From: a virus
Lineage: Duplodnaviria > Caudoviricetes
Direction: 5' to 3' (one strand)
IMG/VR virus record: IMGVR_UViG_3300049053_000087
Span: 1-56,885 of that record
Length of the DNA stretch: 56,885 nt
Of the stretch, positions 46,593 through 55,451 are shown in pieces. The number at the start of each line of letters is the position of its first letter. Positions within the stretch are counted from its first letter, which is position 1. The notes under the pieces are model-generated. The model made no database searches. It saw only the letters and a list, made by a program, of their open reading frames with translations, and was not told where the DNA came from. The translations under genes were made by a program, and so were the position numbers.

Positions 46593-47195
46593 ATGATCTG
46601 CGTTAAACTCAAAAAGTACGATGTCGCCTGCGCCCCAACTACAGGTGGTATTTCGCGCCTTTGGATATTTGACCGCGATGACTTCGACTTTACTCAAGGG
46701 GCTGCTGATGCCGATGGCAATAAACCGGTATACACGGCAATTGCCAGGCGTGCAGGTGCTACTGCCGATGGTGGTGGTAACCTTTTCCCGGTACTGTTTC
46801 AGTACAAAGAAGGGTCATACTCCTACACACAGTCGCTCAATAATGGTACTTCTGTTAAGTATGAGCACAACCTGGAGTTTCTTCTCGCTGATGTCAGTCA
46901 CTTTATCACTCAGTGGAATGAAGCAGTTGACAGAGCAAGCTCATGTTGCGGTATTGGTGTGATTGTGGAATTGAATTCCGGCAAAGTCCTGGTCCTCGCT
47001 GAGAAATATGTTAACGGCGCCAGCATTCGCGAATGGCGTATGCAACAGAATGGTTCAACCGGTACAACTGGTAAGCTGTTCGAAGATGCGAACGGCCAAA
47101 CAACTAAACTTGTTGGCGACTTCAACCGTGGAGCATATGAATTCACAGGTGGAACAGCCGCCCTTGAAGCATTGGAGGGTGATGACGAAAGCTAA
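46593..47195 (+). CDS. major tail tube protein
   Basis: C....GGI..L.I start, ....G.GT.TG...DANG....L.G motif; ends GDDES. Confidence 0.65.
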   Translation: MICVKLKKYDVACAPTTGGISRLWIFDRDDFDFTQGAADADGNKPVYTAIARRAGATADGGGNLFPVLFQYKEGSYSYTQSLNNGTSVKYEHNLEFLLADVSHFITQWNEAVDRASSCCGIGVIVELNSGKVLVLAEKYVNGASIREWRMQQNGSTGTTGKLFEDANGQTTKLVGDFNRGAYEFTGGTAALEALEGDDES

Positions 47196-47198
47196 ATT

Positions 47199-47447
47199 AT
47201 GACAGCCCGTTCCGATTCCGATATCGATATATCTATTAATCCAGCCTATTTCAACACCGTTATTGCCTTCAACAATAGCGGTGTTGTTCTTAAGAACCGT
47301 TCCTGTTCCGATCTCATTGACCTGGGAATAATGGCCAGAGAATCAGGGAACCCTAATCTGATAAAACTCTTTGAAAAACTACCGGAACTACCTGCGCTTA
47401 AGTTGATGAAAATGCGAATTATAGTACAGAAAATATTTAATAAGTAA
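47199..47447 (+). CDS. hypothetical protein
   Basis: Coupled to the portal start. Confidence 0.55.
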   Translation: MTARSDSDIDISINPAYFNTVIAFNNSGVVLKNRSCSDLIDLGIMARESGNPNLIKLFEKLPELPALKLMKMRIIVQKIFNK

Positions 47448-48874
47448 TGCCGCCACGCACCACCAAGAAAGATAATATCGAAAGCAAGGCCGAAGGCAAA
47501 GCTGGTGTGAAGTATCACAACTCAGTGAGTATCGATGCGGAAAATCCTTTGCCCGTTGATTTTGGCGGTACAGCGTTTACCTCAGTAGGCGGTGGCAGTT
47601 ATTATCCCTTCTTTGCACCCGATGACAACTTGTTCAGAACACTTTTAGAACTCCGGTTACTTTCTCCTACTCAATCTAATTGCATCAATGATAAGACCTT
47701 CTACACCGTAGGCGATGGCCTGCAGGTGCAGGATCAGGAGTTTCCTAAAGATTTCGATCGTAAAATTAACGGGAAGGGTCAGACCATCGACGATATACTG
47801 AAGGCTGTCGCTGAAAGCTACTGGCAGGATGGCAATAAATTTATTGAGGTTGTACGGACTGTTGTTGCCGGGCATACTTATATACACGTGTACCCGCACA
47901 ATAATTTGGATTGCCGGTTTAAAGAGCGTGAAGATGGCGATGATCCTACACATGTTATCCGTTCCCGAGAATTTCGGAAGAACGGCATTACCCGATTCGG
48001 AAAAAAGGATAATCCAATCACTATCCCTATTTGGACCGATAACCCATTATACAAAGAAGATGTTTGGTTGAAGGATCCCACCAAAAAGGGAACATTCCGC
48101 ACAATGCTTGTAATTAAGAATGAGGTGCAGGGTGTTGACTATTATGGATTGCCATCCAACTTTGCCGGTATAGCGCCTGCATTATTGGAGTATAACGTAA
48201 TCCGGTTTAATCTGGATGAATTCGAGAATAACCTTTTCATTTCCGGTGTATTATCCATTATGGGTCAACTTTCACCAGAAGAAGGGAAAAAGTTATTGGC
48301 AGATATAAAGAAAGGCCATATTGGTAAGGGTAAACAACGGCGTGTGTTCGTTGTAAGTAGTGAGAATGGGATAAATGACACAAAGTTCACTCCTTTCACT
48401 GAAAAGCATGAAGGCCATTTCGTAGAATTAGATAGGCATTACGAAGGAAAAATTGTTAGTGCCAACGGCTGGAGCCGCGAGCTTTTGGATATGAACGATA
48501 AAGCCGGTCTGGGTAAAGGCGGCGACTTCCTTGCTCAGTTGTTCAAAAGGAAATTTAAAACAATTATCAGCCCGGCACAACAAACGATTGTCAATAACTT
48601 CATATTTCCTTTGATGAAGATCATTGACGAGTTTAAGAATACTAAATATTATGATCTGCCATGGATGATCACACCGGTGATCCCTGTTTCTCTTGAAGGT
48701 ATACTCGATATCAATTCATTGCTCACAGTAGATGAAGGTCGTGAGGAAATTGGCAAGGGGCCGACAGAAAATGGTAAGGGTAAAATGATGATCAGTGAGG
48801 TGAAGGGGGTGCCAGCACTACTGATAATAAAGAAGATAACCAAACTGAAGGAGGTGCAGAATGATAGGTGTTAA
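47447..48874 (+). CDS. portal protein
   Basis: SPT...I..K....G.GL, DGN.FIEV, YYGLP, N.......G, and LT.DE.RE..G. Confidence 0.8.
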   Translation: MPPRTTKKDNIESKAEGKAGVKYHNSVSIDAENPLPVDFGGTAFTSVGGGSYYPFFAPDDNLFRTLLELRLLSPTQSNCINDKTFYTVGDGLQVQDQEFPKDFDRKINGKGQTIDDILKAVAESYWQDGNKFIEVVRTVVAGHTYIHVYPHNNLDCRFKEREDGDDPTHVIRSREFRKNGITRFGKKDNPITIPIWTDNPLYKEDVWLKDPTKKGTFRTMLVIKNEVQGVDYYGLPSNFAGIAPALLEYNVIRFNLDEFENNLFISGVLSIMGQLSPEEGKKLLADIKKGHIGKGKQRRVFVVSSENGINDTKFTPFTEKHEGHFVELDRHYEGKIVSANGWSRELLDMNDKAGLGKGGDFLAQLFKRKFKTIISPAQQTIVNNFIFPLMKIIDEFKNTKYYDLPWMITPVIPVSLEGILDINSLLTVDEGREEIGKGPTENGKGKMMISEVKGVPALLIIKKITKLKEVQNDRC

Positions 48875-49799
48875 TATATTACGTACGAAAGTATTGATTA
48901 CCACTGATGAGGTGATTTTCCATGCTCCAATGGACAACACCGTTGATGTGCGTAACGTACTCAGTAATATTATTATCGCCGAACGTCGGTTTATTAAACC
49001 AATGCTCGGATATATCGTTTACAACAACCTGATCGATAATAAGAATCTACTGGTAACATCATCGAATAAAGCCACCCTCCAGACGATCGTTAACGCGGAC
49101 CGGCCTGATGATCGTGAACAAATCGTTCTTAACGTAGGTGATTTCGTAAACTCAGATACTTACTTAAACGAGCAACAGCAGGAACTTTGGTTTAATTACC
49201 TACATAAAATCGTTGCAGAATGCGTGTGGTTCTGTGCATTACCGGTGAATAGGTCCCGATTTACGTCGAAGGGTGTAATAAAAAACTATCCTGAAAATAT
49301 TGCACAGAATCAGGAATCTGTTACTATTGACTTAAAGGACCTGAAACATCTGCTGGATAAAGGGCTACAAGAGAGGATCACACCGCTGATTGATGATCTT
49401 CATGAGTATATGTGCTCTGTCGGTTACCCGGGCTACACTCGCGATTGCGAATGTGGTAAAACGCAAACTAGCAAAATGAGCGGTGTTCTTTTCGGCCTAT
49501 ACGATGACGATAAAAAGAAATGCTGCGAGGAAAAGACTTATGTCAGTCAAACGACCGCTGTTTCCTACGGTCCAAACGAAACAATTCCATTTGAAAATGT
49601 TGATGAGGTGTTAATACCCTGGAATACAAATAGGAAAACCAGGTTTGGCGCCGGTGCTTCTTTTACAGTAGAGATTTGGACAGGAATAAATTATCAGACT
49701 GTTGAAGTTGTTGTAAGCCCTGATGATATCAACAATACAACCTATTACCTGATTGATTTGGGTGGCATGGTAGAACGTGGAAGAGTAATTATATCATAA
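48861..49799 (+). CDS. head-tail adaptor (DUF6712-like) with extra C-terminal beta domain
   Basis: I..AE..FIKP.LG..VY..L and .T.KGV motifs; follows the portal. Confidence 0.6.
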   Translation: MIGVNILRTKVLITTDEVIFHAPMDNTVDVRNVLSNIIIAERRFIKPMLGYIVYNNLIDNKNLLVTSSNKATLQTIVNADRPDDREQIVLNVGDFVNSDTYLNEQQQELWFNYLHKIVAECVWFCALPVNRSRFTSKGVIKNYPENIAQNQESVTIDLKDLKHLLDKGLQERITPLIDDLHEYMCSVGYPGYTRDCECGKTQTSKMSGVLFGLYDDDKKKCCEEKTYVSQTTAVSYGPNETIPFENVDEVLIPWNTNRKTRFGAGASFTVEIWTGINYQTVEVVVSPDDINNTTYYLIDLGGMVERGRVIIS

Positions 49800-50062
49800 T
49801 GAATTTGAAACACATTTTTGAAGGATGGAGTAAGTCACTGGGTCTGGTTGAAGCCAGCGAAGAAGACAAGCAACTGGCAAAGCAGCGGGTTGCTATCTGT
49901 GTTGAATGCCCGCATTCAAAAGAAATGTGGCTGAAAAAGTTTATTGATGGTGCACTGAGGAATGATAAAGTTGGTAGCGGGATTGGTTGTGGAAAATGTG
50001 GATGTCCTGTAAATGAGAAGGCACTTGTAGTCGAAGAAACCTGTCCCGACAATCGCTGGTAA
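49799..50062 (+). CDS. small Cys-rich protein (DUF6171-like)
   Basis: R..IC..CPH...C..CGC....K......CP..RW. Confidence 0.65.
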   Translation: MNLKHIFEGWSKSLGLVEASEEDKQLAKQRVAICVECPHSKEMWLKKFIDGALRNDKVGSGIGCGKCGCPVNEKALVVEETCPDNRW

Positions 50063-50080
50063 TTTTTTTTGTATAACTTT

Positions 50081-50115
50081 AGCTTAAATAGAGCTAAAAA
50101 CGCTTAAATAAAGCC
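50081..50115. promoter_or_regulatory. tandem AGCT-N7-AGCT sites
   Basis: AGCT-TAAATAG-AGCT at 50081-50095 and CGCT-TAAATAA-AGCC at 50101-50115. Confidence 0.75.
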
Positions 50116-50116
50116 A

Positions 50117-50764
50117 ATGTTAATATACCTGACCACCAATCTTATTAACCATAAAGTTTATGTAGGACAGAAAACAGAAGGTAGAGATTATTATATCGGT
50201 GGCGGTGTTAAAATAAGATCAGCATTGAAATCCCTTGGAAGAGAAAATTTTAATCACGAAGTTCTTGTTGAATGTGGCGATGATCTTGGAATTGCCAATG
50301 CATGGGAGAAATTCTATATAAAATTGTTCAATGCTCAGGACAAAGAGTGCGGATATAATATAGAGGGTGGCGGCAGAAGTTTTGGCAGACATACTGAGGA
50401 AATGAAGGCGCATATGAGTAAAGTGATGAAGGGAAATACGAATATGAAAAAAGGCACAAAGAGGTCGCCTTTGAATATACAGAGATGCGCTGAGGCTAAA
50501 AAGAGAATGCGGGGATTTAAACAGGAAGCAATAGTAATAGAGAAGAGAATCGCTTCTCGAAAAAAGAACGGAAAAGGTAGTGAGGCAAAACGGTGTTTGA
50601 GTAGAGATGATTTTGAAAAAATGATAATTGAATTTAAAGCTGGGGTGAGGATTTGTGAGCTGGTAAAACATTATCCTATTAAGCAATATCAATTGAGTAG
50701 AATAATTAATAATCCGGGTTTGTATTCAAATTGGAAGAAGCCTTTTGAACCTATAAAAAATTAA
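50117..50764 (+). mobile_element. GIY-YIG homing endonuclease (NUMOD3-like C-terminus)
   Basis: LIY.TTNLIN.KVYVGQ, Y.G.G, GRENF, E..YI, GYNI..GG and HTEE.K..MS. Confidence 0.9.
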
Positions 50765-50765
50765 T

Positions 50766-51071
50766 ATGGCTCCTTACCTTATAGGGCAATGTTGCCTCGA
50801 TCAAATTATCACTCCTGATCCGGTTAACCCGGATGCATCAGGCAAGAATGAGCCTATCCCGTTCGAGAATGTGGCTACCCTTACGCTGCCTTGGAACGCA
50901 ACCAGGATAAATCGATTTGGAACGCATGCATCGCTGCAGGTATATATGGTTGGCGGAGATGGAGTATTGAGAGAAACGACTTGTGAGATAAAACCAGATA
51001 ATCTTATTGCACCAACATCGTATTTTTTTGACTTCGGTGGCGTATCCACTGGGGTTATCATCATTACATAA
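50766..51071 (+). CDS. small beta-rich virion protein, paralogous to the C-terminus of 48861-49799
   Basis: Shares NE.IPFENV....PWN..R..RFG..AS...PD....T.Y..D.GG...G..II. Confidence 0.65.
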   Translation: MAPYLIGQCCLDQIITPDPVNPDASGKNEPIPFENVATLTLPWNATRINRFGTHASLQVYMVGGDGVLRETTCEIKPDNLIAPTSYFFDFGGVSTGVIIIT

Positions 51072-51076
51072 GAGCT

Positions 51077-51889
51077 ATGAAAAGTCTTATTTTTTTACTG
51101 GCCTTCCTTTTTGTGTCGATTTACGGATTCGCACAAAGCCGATATTACATTAAAGCCGATTCCATATACATGGAAAAAACCGGTGGGAACAGTGAGCTTA
51201 TCATCTTAAATGCTGGTCGCGTTACACAGAAAGGCGGAGTACTGTACAACACAGGTGGAGGTCGTACAGCATTTAAAAAGACTGTTGCTATTAATGATTC
51301 CGCTTTTATAGTAGGTGATGATACTGTTACCATTAGGGGAACGGGCGCCGGCGGTACAACTCTTACAAACGCATCAGGTTCTGGTGATACATTGTTGATT
51401 GGTTCTACAATAAAACGATTGGAGGCCGGCTACGGCATAGACCGAACAGTTTCTGGAACAAATATATTAGACAAGGTTGATACCGCCAGCGCAAACGGGG
51501 TAACTACTCGTAGCGAACTAAAAGATACTACTTCATCCCTTCGGCGAAAGATCAGCGACTCGCTGATATACGCCCTTAAATCGATCCTCATTCCTTCACG
51601 CATCGAATTTATTGCATCGGCAGATACGGCAAGCTATCAGGACGATGCGCTTATCGGCGCTCAAATTATGATGTTGTCAATTGAGAGCTACCAGGTAGGG
51701 TTCACGGTCAGATCGACTTCGGTGTATATGTCATTTGATAGTTCCACCGGCACGATCACTTTGACAAATGGAGAGTTCGCTGATGATGATCAGGTGATAA
51801 TCATATACAGGACGGCGCCGGTCTTTTTGTTGGATGGATTGGGTAACCCTATTCGTGATGGTAGTGGAAACTTTATAATCTTAAACTAG
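51077..51889 (+). CDS. fibre-like protein with Sec signal peptide
   Basis: MKSLIFLLAFLFVSIYGFAQ leader, G/T/S-rich body, C-terminal LLDGLGNPIRDGSGNFI. Confidence 0.65.
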   Translation: MKSLIFLLAFLFVSIYGFAQSRYYIKADSIYMEKTGGNSELIILNAGRVTQKGGVLYNTGGGRTAFKKTVAINDSAFIVGDDTVTIRGTGAGGTTLTNASGSGDTLLIGSTIKRLEAGYGIDRTVSGTNILDKVDTASANGVTTRSELKDTTSSLRRKISDSLIYALKSILIPSRIEFIASADTASYQDDALIGAQIMMLSIESYQVGFTVRSTSVYMSFDSSTGTITLTNGEFADDDQVIIIYRTAPVFLLDGLGNPIRDGSGNFIILN

Positions 51890-51890
51890 T

Positions 51891-53423
51891 ATGCTAAAGA
51901 ATTTAAATACATACCCCGCAGCCGGTTCGATTGATGATGCTGATAAGGTTATCATTGACGGATCAGAATACACCGCACTGCAATTGCAGGAATACATCGG
52001 AGGCGATGAATCAGTGTTCGACGGTACAGAAGAAATCCTGATGGCGAATAAGAACACCGGCAGGGGAACGCTGATCACCTTAGCGCAGTTGAAAGCATTT
52101 GTGGCGGGCAGTGAATCACCGGTTACGGAAAACGATATTTTCGCTCTGGTTGTGAGTGGGGCATACAAGAAGGTAACATCTTCCGTTGTCCTGACTTACA
52201 TGGATACATTCGATCTGCCCAGTATTGCAGGCCTGCAGGTCTGGTTCGACGCTACAGACAACAGCACCATAAGCAACACCGGTATCGAAGTAACGCAGTT
52301 GCGCGACAAATCGGGTAACGCAAATCACAGCAACCCGTCGGGCGGCGGTAAACCCGAGATTACAACCGATGGCGTGACGGGAAAGCAGTGCTTTTACATG
52401 GGTAATTCCAGTTCCGGTTTGACCCTTACCACGGGCTTGGTAAATTCAACCTTTACTTTGTTTCTCGTATATAAAAGGCCTTTGGTTTTGAACAATGCGC
52501 TAATTGCAGGGGCCTCACCGAACAACAACTTTGTAACGCCTAACGGTTCTATCGTAGGTGTAGGCGGGGCGGGTACCCAATCATTTTTACACGATGATTC
52601 GATGCACGAAATGGTTGTAATGACCATACGACAAAATTCGGGCGTTGCACAATACTGGGAATATAACGGAAGGCAACGGCTTCGTGTAGTTGGCTCTGTT
52701 CCGTCGAATCCATTCTACTTTAATTGCATCGGGGCGCTGAATAACGCAAGTTGGTGCGATGGGCACTTCGGCGGCCTTGCATATTATAACAGCTTCCTAA
52801 GCGATGAAGATGCTTTGCGCGTTGTGAAGAAACTAGCACAAACGCACAACGTAAATCCAGGCCCTTACTACAAAATAGTGGCCTTCGGCGACTCTTATAC
52901 CGTCGGGATCGGAGCAAGCACAGATAACGGATGGGCGTATCAGGTAGCCGATGCGCTGGGAAAGAAGCTTGCAAACGAAGGTATCAGCGGATCACGATTC
53001 GAGGATCTGGGAGGCGACACAATTAGCGGTTACAACAGGTATGTACGTAACCTTATTGAATATCCAGCTAACGATCGTCTTTATATTTTATACGGATTCA
53101 ATGATATCGAACAGATGGGTGCTTCTGTATCCGCATACCAAACCCAGTTAGATGCCATGGTTGCCGATCTTATTGTTAAAGGATACGATCCAGGTAATAT
53201 TTACATCGGCACCGTTCCTCGCATGTTTGGAGACGCTAACAGCGCCGAAGTTCAAGAGTATGGCGATGCAGTTCGGGCGGTTTGCCTAGATCATGGTTGC
53301 CATTGCGCTGAGGTATACGCGGCACAGGTGGCTGGTGGTGGGGACTCTCTTTTTGACGTGGATGAGCTGCACCCAAACGACGCGGGGCATACGGTAATAG
53401 CAACCGCATTTCTTGACGCTTAA
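51891..53423 (+). CDS. tail spike/fibre: anchor repeats, LamG-like domain and SGNH/GDSL esterase
   Basis: L.VWFDA, DKSGN..H, FGDSYT, GISG, GFND and DELHP; no signal peptide. Confidence 0.85.
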   Translation: MLKNLNTYPAAGSIDDADKVIIDGSEYTALQLQEYIGGDESVFDGTEEILMANKNTGRGTLITLAQLKAFVAGSESPVTENDIFALVVSGAYKKVTSSVVLTYMDTFDLPSIAGLQVWFDATDNSTISNTGIEVTQLRDKSGNANHSNPSGGGKPEITTDGVTGKQCFYMGNSSSGLTLTTGLVNSTFTLFLVYKRPLVLNNALIAGASPNNNFVTPNGSIVGVGGAGTQSFLHDDSMHEMVVMTIRQNSGVAQYWEYNGRQRLRVVGSVPSNPFYFNCIGALNNASWCDGHFGGLAYYNSFLSDEDALRVVKKLAQTHNVNPGPYYKIVAFGDSYTVGIGASTDNGWAYQVADALGKKLANEGISGSRFEDLGGDTISGYNRYVRNLIEYPANDRLYILYGFNDIEQMGASVSAYQTQLDAMVADLIVKGYDPGNIYIGTVPRMFGDANSAEVQEYGDAVRAVCLDHGCHCAEVYAAQVAGGGDSLFDVDELHPNDAGHTVIATAFLDA

Positions 53424-53432
53424 AAAATCATA

Positions 53433-54374
53433 ATGAAAAAGATACTGTTTATATTATTGTTTCTTCCTGTGTTTCTTTCCGCGCAAAATCTTCGACGTTT
53501 GGGAGGAACAGGCGTTACCAGTATAATGCACGGCAACTGGCTCTATAATGCACATCCTGCGTATTCGTTAGCCGACTCATTGAAGCTCGTTGATTTCAGA
53601 TTACTAAAAGATACCGCAGCGGCACTTCGAACTGCAATTGGCATTGGAACTAATTTCGCAAATACTGATCTCACCTTTACTGGCGATCGTTCACACGATG
53701 CTGATGGGAATGACTTTGGTATTGATAATATAAAGACTACAAACCTTATAGGCAGAGGTTTAAACTTCCAGGGGAAAAAGCGATACACACAGCTTTACAT
53801 GGATGCCACGAACTCGCAAGACATCAACGACTTTATGTACCTGCGTCACGTATGGCGAACAGCAGACGACGCATCCGACAGCGCAATGCAGCATGTAGTC
53901 TTTAACGGAAATACAGGATTGAAGATAGAGAATATCAATAATGTGTTAGGTGCATCTGCAAAAGTCATTTTAGCTCCTGGCGTTACAACCGTTACTGGCA
54001 CTACTGAAGTACGTTTGCGCGGAGTACCGGCGGCCACTGCTGATTCTATATGGGGAGTCGGTACGTTCAATGCCGCTACTCAAGCAAACGCAATGCTAAA
54101 AGTGCCGTACCAAGTCCATCTCAAAGGTACAACCAACTGGACGCCTGGAGTTGTTGCGGCTGGAAGTAGCACATCAACAACAATAACAGTAACGGGCGCG
54201 GCTGTTGGTGACCCGGTCACTGTGAGTAAAAAATCGGGTCAAAGTAACGGCGAGATATATGATGGACAGGTTACCGCACCAAACACCGTGACACTAAGAG
54301 TGCACAACGTCAGCACGGGATCGGCGAACTATTCGTCGTCGGCTGATTACAATGTTATAGTACTAAAGTATTAA
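53433..54374 (+). CDS. fibre-like protein with Sec signal peptide
   Basis: MKKILFILLFLPVFLSAQ leader; C-terminal T.T.TVTGA.VGD.V.VS...V.A.NTVT.R..N tail-fibre-tip-like domain. Confidence 0.7.
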   Translation: MKKILFILLFLPVFLSAQNLRRLGGTGVTSIMHGNWLYNAHPAYSLADSLKLVDFRLLKDTAAALRTAIGIGTNFANTDLTFTGDRSHDADGNDFGIDNIKTTNLIGRGLNFQGKKRYTQLYMDATNSQDINDFMYLRHVWRTADDASDSAMQHVVFNGNTGLKIENINNVLGASAKVILAPGVTTVTGTTEVRLRGVPAATADSIWGVGTFNAATQANAMLKVPYQVHLKGTTNWTPGVVAAGSSTSTTITVTGAAVGDPVTVSKKSGQSNGEIYDGQVTAPNTVTLRVHNVSTGSANYSSSADYNVIVLKY

Positions 54375-54425
54375 CCCGTTCCTGTCTTACCATATGATTT
54401 ATTAAACCCTGCCATCAACTACTGA

Positions 54426-54674
54426 ATGAAAGCAGAGACAAACATAAAAGCCGTTGCGTTCGACTGGATCAAAAATGCTCTTATAGCCTTGCTATGTTTT
54501 TTTGTGAAGGATATGCATTATGATATTAAACAGTTGATACAGTCGGTTCCGGCCCTTCGCGCTGAAGTGGATATGTTAAAAGATCAACGGCTTGTTGATA
54601 AGTTCAGAGTACTGCAGGTTATGCCCGCGAAGCCGGAGGAAGAGATTACGTATGATACCCTTAATAAAAGATAA
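54426..54674 (+). CDS. single-TM membrane protein (holin/antiholin candidate)
   Basis: N-terminal hydrophobic stretch, then short coiled coil; lysis-module position. Confidence 0.5.
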   Translation: MKAETNIKAVAFDWIKNALIALLCFFVKDMHYDIKQLIQSVPALRAEVDMLKDQRLVDKFRVLQVMPAKPEEEITYDTLNKR

Positions 54675-54679
54675 TCCCC

Positions 54680-55087
54680 ATGAAACAATTTTGGTATAAG
54701 AATAAAGTATTCATCCTTGGCCTTCTCGGCAGTATAGCGCTTGCCATTGAGCCATTTGCCGCTAATACATCAGATGATGTGAAATGGAAAGTGGTTGGTT
54801 TTGCTGCGTTGGTGGCAGTACTTTCTTACTTCGCTAAGGAATGGCGAGGACAGGGTTTGTCTATAGTAGGGATCCTCGGCAACGTATCAGCGGTATTCGT
54901 GACCGTATGGAATACTGGTAACTTCTCCTGGAACCAGTTTATCCTTCAGCTCATATTGGCCATTATAACCGCTGCGGGTGCAGATCCTAAAAGCCGTGGA
55001 TATGAAAATGCTGAGGTTATTAAAGAGGCAAAGAAGGAGGGTGAGGTAATTAACCCGGCACAACTTACGAGTAAACCAAAAACATAA
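54680..55087 (+). CDS. holin-like multi-TM protein
   Basis: About four hydrophobic segments and a charged C-terminus. Confidence 0.6.
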   Translation: MKQFWYKNKVFILGLLGSIALAIEPFAANTSDDVKWKVVGFAALVAVLSYFAKEWRGQGLSIVGILGNVSAVFVTVWNTGNFSWNQFILQLILAIITAAGADPKSRGYENAEVIKEAKKEGEVINPAQLTSKPKT

Positions 55088-55089
55088 TT

Positions 55090-55401
55090 ATGGAGATACA
55101 CATCCACGTTCACCATCATAATCATGGTGACGAAAATGTTTTATCAGAAATAAAATCTATTAATCAAAAATTAAAAATCATGGGAGAGAAATTAGACGCC
55201 ATCAAGGCGGAGTTATCAGCAATCAATGAATCAACAAACAACATTGCTGCTGATTTGGACAGGCTGGCCGGTATAATCTCAGGAGGTTTAACAGCTGAGG
55301 AAGCCGATAGCGTTGTTGCAGATTTGAAAACCACTTCAGATAAATTGAAAGCAATTGCTGCTATCAATCCTGAAGCAGAGCCTCCAGCACCCACAGTTTA
55401 A
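55090..55401 (+). CDS. hypothetical coiled-coil protein with His-rich N-terminus
   Basis: MEIHIHVHHHNH; internal in-frame MGEKL could be a second start. Confidence 0.6.
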   Translation: MEIHIHVHHHNHGDENVLSEIKSINQKLKIMGEKLDAIKAELSAINESTNNIAADLDRLAGIISGGLTAEEADSVVADLKTTSDKLKAIAAINPEAEPPAPTV

Positions 55402-55409
55402 ATTCACTG

Positions 55410-55442
55410 ATCAACCCTGGTTCGCGCTGGGGTTGATTTATT
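55410..55442 (+). terminator. intrinsic terminator-like hairpin
   Basis: ATCAACCC-TGG-TTCGCG-CTG-GGGTTGAT followed by TTATT. Confidence 0.55.
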
Positions 55443-55451
55443 CCCTATACC

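Noticed and set aside
51077-54374. Diversity-generating retroelement or invertible fibre cassette
   Set aside because: No reverse transcriptase, invertase or template/variable repeat pair was seen in the window.
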